This document shows positions 20,711-30,905 of a DNA stretch of 64,000 nt, piece after piece. The stretch's first letter is position 1; every line of letters starts with the position of its first letter. The notes under the pieces are model-generated. The model saw only the letters and a program-made list of their open reading frames with translations, made no database searches and was not told where the DNA came from. Origin of the DNA: Bacteriovoracia bacterium (GTDB lineage: Bacteria; Bdellovibrionota; UBA1018; CAIPTA01); the NCBI GenBank assembly GCA_050246755.1, contig JBFWVL010000002.1, positions 320,001 to 384,000 of the forward strand, in the 5' to 3' direction. A program made the translations under genes and the position numbers.

Positions 20711-21076
20711 CTAGTGGCTCTCGGCGATGCCGGGGCGGAAGAAACCATCCACGGCCGCTTCTCTGGTCTCATGAATGAAAAATTCACGGTTGAGGTCGTA
20801 GGCGTTGATGATTTTTCGGAACTCGCTCTTCACGTTGCACAGGTGGGGAACCACCATGCCGCGTTCTTGAAGCTCGTAGAGTGAACGAATGAAGTGAGTG
20901 ATGCCGCTCGAGCCCACGAAGCTCAGGCCTTCCATGTCCACAATCACGCGCTTGCCCTGACGGGTCAGCGAAATGATGCTCTCGCGAAGGATATCCTGGT
21001 TTTCAAAATCCAGTTTCCCCTCGAGGGCAATGACGGTTACTTCACCTTGGTTTAATAGACTAGCTCTCAATGACAT
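20711..21076 (-). CDS. STAS domain anti-sigma factor antagonist
   Basis: VIALEGKLD and VIVDMEGLSFVGSSGI motifs; GGAGGG RBS before ATG 21076. Confidence 0.88.
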   Translation of the reverse strand: MSLRASLLNQGEVTVIALEGKLDFENQDILRESIISLTRQGKRVIVDMEGLSFVGSSGITHFIRSLYELQERGMVVPHLCNVKSEFRKIINAYDLNREFFIHETREAAVDGFFRPGIAESH

Positions 21077-21160
21077 GTGACTTCCCTCCATGGCTGTCAC
21101 GCGACCGATATGTGGGAAAGTATTGCTACCTTCCGTAGGAAAAGTATAAAGGAAGTGGAT

Positions 21161-22021
21161 ATGAAAGACCAAGCAGAAGATCGCCTGGCTCCGGGCCTTT
21201 ATATGGTGGCAACTCCGATCGGGAATCTCGAAGACCTGAGTTTTCGCGCGCTTAGGACCCTAAAACAGGCCGATTGGATCGCGGCCGAAGATACCCGGGA
21301 AACAAAGAAATTATTAAACGCCTACGATTTAGTAACCGCTACCGTTTCGCTCCACGAACATTCCGGGCCGCGTAAAGTGGCCGAATTGGTGGAAAGGCTT
21401 AAAACGGGGGGTACTGGCGCTTACGTGAGCGATGCGGGCACTCCCGGGATTTCCGACCCTGGTGCCGAGCTGGCGGCGGCGGCGCGGGCAGCCGGAATTT
21501 CCGTCTATCCCGTGCCGGGAGCCTCGGCGCCGGTAGCGCTGCTTTCCATAGCGGGATTCAACGAAACGGCGTTTGCGTTTCACGGATTTTTTCCGCGAGA
21601 AAATGCCGCGCGAAAAGAATGGCTAGAGAAAGCTTCTCTCGGAGGCGTACACGTTTTCTTTGAAAGCCCGTACCGCATTGTGGAAACCCTGCTTTTCCTC
21701 GAAAAAGAGAAACCCGAAGCGGAATTAATCGTGGGCCGCGAGCTCACCAAAAAATTCGAGACGGTCACGGCGGGTAACGCCGGCGCAGTGGCGGAAATCT
21801 TGCGCAAAGAAGAGGGACGCGGCGAATACGTGATCGGCCTGAAACTTCCCGTTCCGCCTCCCGAAAGCGAAGAGGATCTCGCCGAAAAAACCTCCATCCT
21901 GCTCCGGGAATTGGCCGAGCTGGGCGGCAATCAAAAACTGCTCACTCGAGTGGCCATGAGCCACGGCCTGCCTAAAAACCGGGCCTACGCCCTCAGCCTC
22001 GAAATTCTAAAAAAACCTTAG
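21161..22021 (+). CDS. rsmI: 16S rRNA (cytidine1402-2'-O)-methyltransferase
   Basis: LYMVATPIGNLED, AEDTR, SDAGTPGISDPG and RELTKKFE motifs. Confidence 0.96.
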   Translation: MKDQAEDRLAPGLYMVATPIGNLEDLSFRALRTLKQADWIAAEDTRETKKLLNAYDLVTATVSLHEHSGPRKVAELVERLKTGGTGAYVSDAGTPGISDPGAELAAAARAAGISVYPVPGASAPVALLSIAGFNETAFAFHGFFPRENAARKEWLEKASLGGVHVFFESPYRIVETLLFLEKEKPEAELIVGRELTKKFETVTAGNAGAVAEILRKEEGRGEYVIGLKLPVPPPESEEDLAEKTSILLRELAELGGNQKLLTRVAMSHGLPKNRAYALSLEILKKP

Positions 22022-22099
22022 TAATTACCTGATATTCGGGAAAGAAATTGCCTATCTATTGGCTTTACTCGGGCACCTTTCGCACCGTAAAATTATAGG

Positions 22100-24439
22100 G
22101 TGAGGGTGTTGGCCATGGATTGGCGCGCAAAGTTAGCAAGGATGCTGGTTCTATCGCCGCGTAAAATTGCGGGTACTCTTCTATTCTGCTTCCTCTCGCT
22201 CATCGGCATTCGCCACACGTTTCATGCCTGGCAGCTCATCGATTCCGAAGTAAAAAAAGGCTACGACGCCGAAGAGCAATTCGATGATTTTTTCCCCATC
22301 CTTAAGTGGGTAGAGCGCACGGACTACGACCTTCACTTGCGGGCGCACCAGCATGGCAAGCCCAATCCAAATGTAGCGGTGATTGAAATCAACGAGCGGT
22401 CCATTCAGGGCATAGGCCAGTTTCCCTTCGCCAGAAGCGTCTACGGGCAACTCATCGATAAGCTCCAGAGGGCCGGCGCGAAGGTGGTGGCCTTCGATAT
22501 GTTTTTTTCCGAAGCCGAACGCAACGAAGCTTTGTCCGAGCTGAAGAGGCTGCGCGCCGATCTCCCGGCCAACGAAGAAAGCATCTTTCGTAAGATCGAC
22601 GCCCGCATTCGCCTGCTCGACAGCGACCAAGAGTTCTCGCGGGTGATCCGCTCGAATAAGCTGCCGATCGTGATCGGCTTCGGGTTTGCCGGGTATAAGG
22701 GCCAAGAAAATTCCGAGGCGGACCTGGGGGCTAAGGAAAAGCGCATTTTGCAGGGCCACGCCATCCGTTCCTCGCAGGTAAACCGCGAAAACTTCGGCCT
22801 TTCAATGTCCGACCGGATTCCCATCGTTCCGCACCGGGACATTCTAGAGAGTCTGCCGAAAAATTCGCTGGGACATATCGTTCCTGACGCCGATAACGAC
22901 AGCGTGATCCGTCAGGTGCCCGTGGTGGTGGAGTACGAAGGCGGATTCTACGGATCGCTGGCGATACAGGCGGTAGCAAAATACCTGAACTCGGGATTTA
23001 CGCTGGCGCGGGAAGGCGGAGAGCTCTGGGTTCACGACGAGCACGGAAACGTGAATATCCCACTGTCGCGCAGCCGGATGCTAGCGCGCTACTACGGAGA
23101 AGAGCGCACCTTCGAGTACAAAGAATTCGTGGATGTGCTCGAAGGCAAAGTGCCGGACTCCTTTCTCAAGGATAAGATCCTATTCGTGGGTGCCACCGCC
23201 CAGGGCCTGAAAGATATCCGCTCTACGCCGTTTTCCAAGGATTACCCCGGGGTGGAAGTGCACGCCACGATCGCGAGCAATATCCTCAACGGGGAATACA
23301 TGGTGCGCGATACCAGCTATTTCTACGTGGGCTACCTATTCGTGTTCGCGTTCGGCCTTTTCACCTCGTGGATCGTTTACCGTTTCCACCCGATGGTTTC
23401 TTTTTTATCCACGATTGCCGCCGTGGTCCTGCTTCAGTTCCTCGCGCAAAAATTCTATTTTGACCGCGGGGTAGTGGTGCCCACCTTCGTGCCCACGATC
23501 GAAATGCTCTGCATTTTATTCTCCGGGATCCTCTACCGCTACTTCACCGAAGAAAAAGAGAAAAAATTCGTGCGCACGGCGTTTTCCCGCTACGTATCGG
23601 GCGCGGTGGTGGAAGAGCTCCTGAAGGATCAATCCAAACTGCAGCTCGGCGGGCAAAAGAAAGAGCTCACCGTGATGTTCAGCGATCTCGCCGGCTTCAC
23701 CAAGCTTTCCGAAAAAATGGACGCGGCCTTCGTGACCCTGCTCCTCAACGAGTACTTTACCCGCATGACCCACATCGTGCTCAAAAACCACGGTACCTTG
23801 GATAAGTATATGGGAGACGGAATCATGTGCTTTTGGGGCGCCCCCCTCGACCTGCCGGACCACGCCACGCACGCCTGCCAGGCGGCGCTCGAGATGACCA
23901 AGGAACTCGAGGCCATGAATTCCGAGTGGAAGCTTAAGCACAATATCACGGTGGGCATGCGCGTAGGCGTGCATACCGGCGACATGGCCGTGGGAAACAT
24001 GGGCAGCGATAAGGTATTCAGCTATACGGTCATGGGCGATAACGTGAACCTTTGTTCGCGCCTCGAGGGCGTAAATACTATTTATGGAACCCAAGTGATC
24101 GTGAGTGGGGAGACCGCCGCGCGGGCCGCCGATAAATTTATCTTTCGCGCACTCGATATCGTGCGCGTAAAGGGCAAGGAAGAATCGGTAAATATTTTCG
24201 AGCTCGTAGATGAAAAAACGGAAAAAAATCCGGCCCGCGACGAATGGCTGCACGCCTTCAAGCTAGGCCTGCAGGCTTACCAGGCCGGACGCTGGGAAGA
24301 AGCCACCGCCGCCTTCGGCGCCACGCTGATGCTCCGGCCCCAGGATCAAGCGGCTAAAACATTTCTCGAACGCATAGAAGAACTGCGGCGCTCGAAAGCG
24401 AAAGAATGGGACGGAGTCTGGAAGCTCCAGTCTAAATAG
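22100..24439 (+). CDS. CHASE2-domain class III adenylate cyclase
   Basis: CHASE2 motifs (FPFARS..., PGVEVHA), 3 TMs, then FSDLAGFT, DKYMGDGIM and YTVMGDNVNLCSRLEG. The K/T specificity pair points to ATP. Confidence 0.93.
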   Translation: MRVLAMDWRAKLARMLVLSPRKIAGTLLFCFLSLIGIRHTFHAWQLIDSEVKKGYDAEEQFDDFFPILKWVERTDYDLHLRAHQHGKPNPNVAVIEINERSIQGIGQFPFARSVYGQLIDKLQRAGAKVVAFDMFFSEAERNEALSELKRLRADLPANEESIFRKIDARIRLLDSDQEFSRVIRSNKLPIVIGFGFAGYKGQENSEADLGAKEKRILQGHAIRSSQVNRENFGLSMSDRIPIVPHRDILESLPKNSLGHIVPDADNDSVIRQVPVVVEYEGGFYGSLAIQAVAKYLNSGFTLAREGGELWVHDEHGNVNIPLSRSRMLARYYGEERTFEYKEFVDVLEGKVPDSFLKDKILFVGATAQGLKDIRSTPFSKDYPGVEVHATIASNILNGEYMVRDTSYFYVGYLFVFAFGLFTSWIVYRFHPMVSFLSTIAAVVLLQFLAQKFYFDRGVVVPTFVPTIEMLCILFSGILYRYFTEEKEKKFVRTAFSRYVSGAVVEELLKDQSKLQLGGQKKELTVMFSDLAGFTKLSEKMDAAFVTLLLNEYFTRMTHIVLKNHGTLDKYMGDGIMCFWGAPLDLPDHATHACQAALEMTKELEAMNSEWKLKHNITVGMRVGVHTGDMAVGNMGSDKVFSYTVMGDNVNLCSRLEGVNTIYGTQVIVSGETAARAADKFIFRALDIVRVKGKEESVNIFELVDEKTEKNPARDEWLHAFKLGLQAYQAGRWEEATAAFGATLMLRPQDQAAKTFLERIEELRRSKAKEWDGVWKLQSK

Positions 24440-24447
24440 AGGTAACG

Positions 24448-25695
24448 ATGCTTAGGATTGGCAATATCAATGAAGAGCTAAACCTGCTCCAGGAGCACCT
24501 GCACGATGCCGTGGAAAAGGGCGGCAAAAGCGGCCTTGCCAAGGCGAAAAAATTGGAGGAAGAGCTCGCCGGCATCGTGGACCGCGCCAGCCGCTACACC
24601 TCGCAGCTCGAGCAGCTCATGGAATTTTCCTCGATTTTAAATTCCACCCTCGATACGAGCCGCGTACGCGAGCTCGCGATGAAGGCCACCTGCAAGCTGC
24701 TGGAATGCGAGGGCGCCACACTTTATCTGGTAGACGAAGAGCGAAACGAGCTCTATTTCGAAACCATCGTGGGCAGCGTGGCTTCCGAGCAGCTGAAGCA
24801 AATTCGCCTGAAAATCGATGAAAGCTCGCTCGCCGGAGCCGTGGCGATGAAACGCGCATCCATTCTCCAAAACGACGTGGCGCACGAGAAACGCCACTTC
24901 AAGAAAGCCGACGAAAAAAACCGTTTCCGCACTAAAAGCATGGTTTGCGTGGCGGTGGAAGCGAAAGGCAAGCTGCTTGGCGTGCTTCAGGCGCTCAATA
25001 AATTCGATGGCGCATTTCTTGAGACCGACAAGCGCCTCCTGGAAACGCTCTCGCACCAAGTAGCGATCGCGGTGGAGAACGCGAAGCTCTACGAACACCT
25101 CCAGACCCAGTTCCACGAAACCGTTTCGGCCATGGCGATGGCGATAGAGGCTAAAGATCGCTATACCGGCGGCCATACGAAACGGGTAGCATTGTTTTCT
25201 GAGCTCATCGCTAAACATATGGGATTGAGCCGCGATCAAATCGCCGAGGTGCGGCTGAGCGCGATCCTCCATGATATCGGGAAAATCGGCATCGATGATA
25301 AAGTGCTCAAAAAAAATGCGGCCCTCGACAAAGAAGAGTGGGAGCACATGAAGCAGCATCCGGAATTCGGCTATCGCATCCTCGCCGACGTGAGCAGCAT
25401 GAAAACCATCACGGATGGCATGCGCTTCCACCACGAGCGGCCCGACGGCCATGGCTATCCACTCGGCCTCAAAGGAGAGGAGATTCCCTGGATTGCGCGC
25501 ATTATCAGCGTGGCCGACACCTTCGACGCGATGACTTCCACTCGGCCCTACCGCAAAGGCCTCGACTACGAAGTGGCGTTTGAGGAAATCGTGCGTAATC
25601 GCGGCACGCAGTTCGACGAGAAAGTGGTTGACGGTTTTATCCAAGCTTTTAAACTAGAGCGAATGGGCAAAAAACGGATCAAGGAGGAGAGTTGA
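24448..25695 (+). CDS. GAF + HD-GYP cyclic dinucleotide phosphodiesterase
   Basis: GAF domain with LQALNK; LHDIGKIG, HHERPDGHGYP and ADTFDAM..RPYRK motifs. Confidence 0.93.
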   Translation: MLRIGNINEELNLLQEHLHDAVEKGGKSGLAKAKKLEEELAGIVDRASRYTSQLEQLMEFSSILNSTLDTSRVRELAMKATCKLLECEGATLYLVDEERNELYFETIVGSVASEQLKQIRLKIDESSLAGAVAMKRASILQNDVAHEKRHFKKADEKNRFRTKSMVCVAVEAKGKLLGVLQALNKFDGAFLETDKRLLETLSHQVAIAVENAKLYEHLQTQFHETVSAMAMAIEAKDRYTGGHTKRVALFSELIAKHMGLSRDQIAEVRLSAILHDIGKIGIDDKVLKKNAALDKEEWEHMKQHPEFGYRILADVSSMKTITDGMRFHHERPDGHGYPLGLKGEEIPWIARIISVADTFDAMTSTRPYRKGLDYEVAFEEIVRNRGTQFDEKVVDGFIQAFKLERMGKKRIKEES

Positions 25696-26450
25696 AACTC
25701 CGCGTACTAGGGGCAGACGGTGGGGTAGCGCCCGGTTTTCAAACCACCAGCTTCCTAATCAACGACAATATCCTCATTGATGCCGGCTCGGCGGCCTCCG
25801 CGCTCACGCTCACGGAACAGCGTAAGATCGATCAGATTTTCATTAGTCACACTCACCTCGATCACGTGAAAGACATTTGCTTCCTCGCCGACAATGTCTT
25901 CACGCATCGCCGCAAACCCATCGAACTCATCTCCACCTTCGAAGTCCTGGAAATTTTGCGTAAGCACCTTTTCAATAATCTTATCTGGCCCGATTTTACG
26001 AAAATCTCGAACGGCCATTGCCCTATCCTTTCTTACCGTCCGATCGAAAAGAACCTGCAAATTGGCAAAATCGACGTACAAATTTACCCAGTGCATCATC
26101 CCGTTCCCGCGGTAGGCTTCATCATCAAGGAACAAGGAAAGAATAGCATTCTGATCACCGGAGACACGGGACCCACGGAAGTATTGTGGGAAGCCGCTAA
26201 CCAAGAAAAGCGCCTCAAAGCGGTGCTGACCGAAATTGCTTTCCCTAACCGCCTGGAAAAAATTGCGCACCTAGCCGGACATTTCAGCCCCGCCATGTTC
26301 AAAGACGAGATGAAAAAACTCAAAAAGCAGGTGCCACTCTTCATCTATCACTTGAAGCCCGAGTATATCAAAGAGCTCAAGGCTGAGATAAAAGCGTTGA
26401 AATTCCCGAAGCTTAAGTTAATAAGTAGTAAGCAGCGTTACACTTTTTAA
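25692..26450 (+). CDS. Class II 3',5'-cyclic nucleotide phosphodiesterase (MBL fold)
   Basis: SHTHLDHV, HLFNNLIWPDF and TGDTG motifs. TTG start overlaps the HD-GYP stop. Confidence 0.88.
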   Translation: MKLRVLGADGGVAPGFQTTSFLINDNILIDAGSAASALTLTEQRKIDQIFISHTHLDHVKDICFLADNVFTHRRKPIELISTFEVLEILRKHLFNNLIWPDFTKISNGHCPILSYRPIEKNLQIGKIDVQIYPVHHPVPAVGFIIKEQGKNSILITGDTGPTEVLWEAANQEKRLKAVLTEIAFPNRLEKIAHLAGHFSPAMFKDEMKKLKKQVPLFIYHLKPEYIKELKAEIKALKFPKLKLISSKQRYTF

Positions 26451-26468
26451 TGGTCTTCGAGAAAACTC

Positions 26469-27371
26469 ATGTCTTCCTTTGAAAATATAAAAACTCCCGG
26501 CATTAAGGGGAAAACCGAAGGCGAACGCACCACCCGCGTGCCTGAAGGCATGTGGTTCAAGTGCACGGCCTGCGGTGAAGTGATGGAGACGCGCGCGCTC
26601 CAGGAAAATCATTATATCTGCGTGCAGTGCAACCAGCACTTCCGTATGTCGGCCCGGGAGCGCATCTATCACCTCACCAAGGGGGCCGCGTTTGAAGAAT
26701 ACGGCCAAGACCTTCGTTCCTCGGATCCGCTGAAATTTTACGACCTTAAGCCATATAGTGAACGCTTAGATGCAGCTATCTTAAAGCATAACGCGAACGA
26801 CGCTTTCGTGTGCGGACGCTCCGAAATCGGCGGCCTTCCCGTGCAGATCGGCGCTTTTGAATTCAAATTCATGGGCGGCTCCATGGGCACGGTAGTAGGG
26901 GAGAAGATTACCATGACGCTCGAGCGGGCCGTACGAGAGGGCACCGGCGCCATCGTGGTGAGCGCCAGCGGCGGGGCGCGGATGCAGGAGTCGATTTTGT
27001 CCCTCATGCAAATGGCGAAAACAAGCGCCTACGTGATGGAAATGCGCAAAGCGGGGCTTCCCTTTATCTCTCTGCTCACGGATCCCACCACCGGCGGGGT
27101 GGCCGCGAGCTTTGCTATGCTGGGCGATGTCATTTTGGCCGAGCCTAAGGCCCTCATCGGATTTGCCGGCCCCCGCGTGATCGAACAAACCATTCGCCAA
27201 AAGCTTCCCGAAGGTTTTCAGACTTCCGAATTTCTTCTTCAGCAAGGCTTCATCGACCAAGTGGTTCCCCGTGAGCGCTTGCCCGACGTGATGGCCTCTC
27301 TGCTGCAAATGATGCAGTGGAAAAAAAGCAAAACTCCCGCGCCGGAAAAAAAGAAAAAGACGAAGAAATAA
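26469..27371 (+). CDS. accD: Acetyl-CoA carboxylase carboxyltransferase beta subunit
   Basis: C4 zinc finger; FMGGSMG, SGGARMQE, PTTGGV.ASFA and GFAGPRVIEQT motifs. Confidence 0.98.
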   Translation: MSSFENIKTPGIKGKTEGERTTRVPEGMWFKCTACGEVMETRALQENHYICVQCNQHFRMSARERIYHLTKGAAFEEYGQDLRSSDPLKFYDLKPYSERLDAAILKHNANDAFVCGRSEIGGLPVQIGAFEFKFMGGSMGTVVGEKITMTLERAVREGTGAIVVSASGGARMQESILSLMQMAKTSAYVMEMRKAGLPFISLLTDPTTGGVAASFAMLGDVILAEPKALIGFAGPRVIEQTIRQKLPEGFQTSEFLLQQGFIDQVVPRERLPDVMASLLQMMQWKKSKTPAPEKKKKTKK

Positions 27372-27406
27372 GAAGGCTTTGCTAAGATCGTTTCAAGTTA
27401 AAGCTT

Positions 27407-29884
27407 ATGACGCGATCGCTCCAAATTGCCGGCAGCTTGCTGCTTTTATTTTTATCTCCAGTCGCCTTCGGCGCCTCCTCCTTTGAGCTCGATTCGCTCC
27501 GCGAAAAACATCACGTCACGGCCGACCGCACCCTCTATCACTCCAATGAAAAAGTGTACGAAGCCTTCGGGCACGTGGTGGTAAGCTCGCACGGCCAGCG
27601 CCTCTCTGCCGACTATTTATGGGTAGACGATAATACCAAAGACATCAAAGCCCGCGGCAACGTGATCTTCGTGGACCGCACCACTACCGTGCAGGCGGCG
27701 GAGATTCACTTGAATCTTGAAACCGGCATCGGCTCGATTTTTTACGGAAAAGTTTTTAACGATCTCTACACTTTAAAAGGCCAGCTGATCCGCCGCGTGG
27801 CTGACGATCGCTTCCTTACCACCGAGGGAGAATATACCACCTGTAAGGACTGCGCCGAATCCTGGAAGCTTTCCGCCCGCTACGTGGACCTCACCATGGA
27901 AGGCTACGCCTTTCTCGACGGCGTATTCATCAAGATCAAGGATGTTCCAACCCTGTATATTCCCTACGTGATTCTGCCAGTGAAAACAAAGCGTCAGTCC
28001 GGATTGCTTTTTCCGCGCATGGGAGCCAATTCCAACAACGGCTTCGTGTTCGTGCAACCTGTTTTTCTTGCCATCAGTCCGCACCAAGATCTGACGCTGG
28101 GAGCGGGCCGCTATTCTACGCGAGGGCTGCGCTACGAAGGGGAGTATCGCTACCGCAGCTATAACGGCATTCACGGGCAGCTCAACTATTACCACACGGG
28201 CGATCGCCGCCCCGAAGCTCCGAAAAAATCACGCGTGGCTCTGAAGACAGAAAACGAATGGTCGTTCGCGAAAAACTTCGGCATGCGCTGGCGTGCCACC
28301 GAAGTTTTCGACCGGGAATATATTTACGATTTCCCCGAGGATATCCAGGGGCAGGGATATCCCTCGCTCGAGTCCAACGCGATCGCCACCGCTCCCTTCG
28401 ACGACTTCTACGCCAGCGTGGAGGCCCGCCGTTACCGCAACATGCTCACCACCAGGAAAACCGGGTTCGACGGGGGAACGGTGCAAGCCCTGCCCACCGC
28501 ACACCTAGGAATGAAGGAACGCTCGATCGCAGGCCCGCTTCTCGGCAGCTTCTATGGCCGTTATGATAACTATACTCGCCGCAACGGTCCCTTCAGCGAT
28601 CAAAACGCCAACGGGTATTTTGATCCCAACTTCAACTCCGCCGTTCAAAGCCCGGAACTGATCCGCGAAACCCGGCGCATGATTTTTTCCCCCGAAATCT
28701 CGGCGCCGTTCCGCCTCGGCCGTTACCTCAATATCGGCCCTTCGGCGCAGTACAATGAAATCCGCTACGACTTCGCGGTGCCGGTGGGGGAAGGGAAAAA
28801 TCTTCCCCATACCTATACCCGCTATGTACAAACCAAGCTCGAAACCTCTACCGTTCTCGAAAAGGTGTATGAGTACGACGGTAAAGAAGTGAGCCGCGTG
28901 AAGCACCAGCTGTCGCCCTTCGTTACTCTTTCGTATATTCCCTGGATCAGCCAGGACCAAAACCATCCGTTCCAGCAGCAGGTGAATAACCGCCCCGAAG
29001 GGCTCTTCGATCAGTACGACGCGGTTCCCGTGACGAATTCCACCAGCTTTCTGCGTTACCCGCAGGGGAAGTCCGTTTACTACGGGTTCAATAGCCGCGT
29101 GATCCGTAAGATGAAGAATTTATCAGAGATACCCCGGGAATATCCCTACGATCTTATGCCGGCGGCCAAGCCGCGTAAATATCCCAGCCCGCAGAACCGT
29201 AAGGATGAATTATTCATCGCCAGCGAGCAACTTTGGGAAAAATACAATCCGCATTACGAAGAATACCAGGAAATCTGGAACCTGAACGTATCGCAGGCCT
29301 TCGATTTCATAGATGCCAAGCGCCACGCCGACGATCCGAAACGCGCCTTCAGTTACTTGCTGGCAAAATCCGCTTTCTCGATTCCATTTTTTCGCCACGA
29401 CTTCGAATATAAGTTTTTCCCGCGGATTTTACCGCCCGTGGCCCCCGGCGCGCCTTTTCCCGAGCCCCTGCACAATAAGCATATCTTCACCACCGGCTTA
29501 ACCTGGGAATGGATCCACCTCGCTAACCTGAGGAAAACCCGTTCTTTCATCCGCAGCATTTCTCTAAACTACTCGAACTCTAGCCAGCCGAATCCCTCTC
29601 GTTCCGCATCCACAAACCTTGTTTGGTCGGTAAACGATTTCGTGGGTTTCAAGGCTGGCTACGGCTACGACCTAATGGCTTCCAAGCAGCAGACCTGGGA
29701 TGCATTAGCCCAGCTCACCCATCCTTCCGAATGCTGGGGCCTCGCGTTCCGCTATAACTGGAACCGCTATCGATCTCCCAATAAGGGCGAAGTAGGGTTT
29801 GAGCTACTCTTGAATTTAATGGGCACCGGTTTCACCGGCTTCAACCGTGAAGGCGGTTCGGGCGGCGTGTTCGGCGGCGGATAG
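27407..29884 (+). CDS. lptD: LPS assembly outer membrane protein LptD
   Basis: Signal peptide, OstA-like N-terminal domain, YTTC, P...KRQSGLLFP and a C-terminal ECW. Confidence 0.85.
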   Translation: MTRSLQIAGSLLLLFLSPVAFGASSFELDSLREKHHVTADRTLYHSNEKVYEAFGHVVVSSHGQRLSADYLWVDDNTKDIKARGNVIFVDRTTTVQAAEIHLNLETGIGSIFYGKVFNDLYTLKGQLIRRVADDRFLTTEGEYTTCKDCAESWKLSARYVDLTMEGYAFLDGVFIKIKDVPTLYIPYVILPVKTKRQSGLLFPRMGANSNNGFVFVQPVFLAISPHQDLTLGAGRYSTRGLRYEGEYRYRSYNGIHGQLNYYHTGDRRPEAPKKSRVALKTENEWSFAKNFGMRWRATEVFDREYIYDFPEDIQGQGYPSLESNAIATAPFDDFYASVEARRYRNMLTTRKTGFDGGTVQALPTAHLGMKERSIAGPLLGSFYGRYDNYTRRNGPFSDQNANGYFDPNFNSAVQSPELIRETRRMIFSPEISAPFRLGRYLNIGPSAQYNEIRYDFAVPVGEGKNLPHTYTRYVQTKLETSTVLEKVYEYDGKEVSRVKHQLSPFVTLSYIPWISQDQNHPFQQQVNNRPEGLFDQYDAVPVTNSTSFLRYPQGKSVYYGFNSRVIRKMKNLSEIPREYPYDLMPAAKPRKYPSPQNRKDELFIASEQLWEKYNPHYEEYQEIWNLNVSQAFDFIDAKRHADDPKRAFSYLLAKSAFSIPFFRHDFEYKFFPRILPPVAPGAPFPEPLHNKHIFTTGLTWEWIHLANLRKTRSFIRSISLNYSNSSQPNPSRSASTNLVWSVNDFVGFKAGYGYDLMASKQQTWDALAQLTHPSECWGLAFRYNWNRYRSPNKGEVGFELLLNLMGTGFTGFNREGGSGGVFGGG

Positions 29885-29891
29885 GAGAAAA

Positions 29892-30725
29892 ATGCGCATC
29901 TTAATATCGAACGACGACGGCGTGCACGCGGAGGGCATCCACGCCCTGGCGGAAGAGTTCCGCAAAGACCACCAAGTATACGTGGTAGCTCCCGAGCGGG
30001 AGCGCAGCACCACCGGCCATTCACTCACCCTGCACAAGCCCCTGCGCTTGCACCGCTGGGGCAGGGAGGTCTATTCCGTTTCGGGCGGCCCCGCCGACTG
30101 CATCTACGTGGGCCTCGGCGAGGTGATGAAGGGCAAAAAACCCGACCTCGTGCTCTCCGGCATCAATAACGGCGCCAACCTCGGCCAAGACGTTTTCTAT
30201 AGTGGCACTGCATCCGCCGCCCGGGAAGCCGCCAACCTCGGCATTCCCTCGGTGGCCGTCTCGCTTTCCCTCGACCACGCCAAGCCCGGCAAGCCAAAGC
30301 ACTTTGCCACGGCTGCCAAAGCCGTGCGCGCTTCACTCAACCAAGTTCTGCCCGCCTTTGCTGGTAAAGCAAACGCTTCCTGGAAAACGGGCCTGAACGC
30401 TTGGCCCAAAGGCATGATGCTGAATATCAACGTGCCCAATGTGGCGGAGAAAAAGCTCAAGGGCTACCGCCTCGCTTCGCAGGGCCGCCGAATATATGGC
30501 ACCGAGATTCTTCGCCGCATCGACGCCCGCGGCCGGGAGTATTTCTGGATAGGGGGAAAGTACCAGAGCTACGATCCCAATCCCGAAACCGACTGCTGGC
30601 AGGTGGACCACGGCTACGTTTCCGTGACGCCCCTCGAGTTGGACACCACCATGCAGGAGGTTTTCCATTCCCTTCAGTTTGCCTTTGAGCTAAAAAATAA
30701 ACGCTCCGGACCTAAGCGGCGCTGA
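29892..30725 (+). CDS. surE: 5'/3'-nucleotidase SurE
   Basis: MRILISNDDG, SGINNGANLG.DVFYSGT and VSVTPL motifs; AGGAG RBS. Confidence 0.97.
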   Translation: MRILISNDDGVHAEGIHALAEEFRKDHQVYVVAPERERSTTGHSLTLHKPLRLHRWGREVYSVSGGPADCIYVGLGEVMKGKKPDLVLSGINNGANLGQDVFYSGTASAAREAANLGIPSVAVSLSLDHAKPGKPKHFATAAKAVRASLNQVLPAFAGKANASWKTGLNAWPKGMMLNINVPNVAEKKLKGYRLASQGRRIYGTEILRRIDARGREYFWIGGKYQSYDPNPETDCWQVDHGYVSVTPLELDTTMQEVFHSLQFAFELKNKRSGPKRR

Positions 30726-30731
30726 TTTCTC

Positions 30732-30807
30732 GGTTCCATAGTTTAAATGGATAAAACGGGGCTTTCCTAAAGCTCTGATCCCCGTTCGATTCGGGGTGGG
30801 ACCACCA
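30732..30807 (+). tRNA. tRNA-Arg (anticodon CCT)
   Basis: Acceptor GGTTCCA/TGGGACC plus ACCA; anticodon arm GGGCT-TT CCT AA-AGCTC; T-loop GTTCGATTC; 76 nt. Confidence 0.95.
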
Positions 30808-30842
30808 AATGGTGTCAGGCACCTTTGGTTAAGGGGCGCGTC

Positions 30843-30891
30843 AAAAACAGAATACCCCGCCAACTCCGAAGAGAAGGCGGGGTTTTTGTTT
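30843..30891. terminator. Probable bidirectional terminator after the tRNA
   Basis: ACCCCGCC...GGCGGGGT stem flanked by A-rich and T-rich tracts, between convergent transcripts. Confidence 0.7.
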
Positions 30892-30905
30892 TCTATTCTT
30901 TATTC

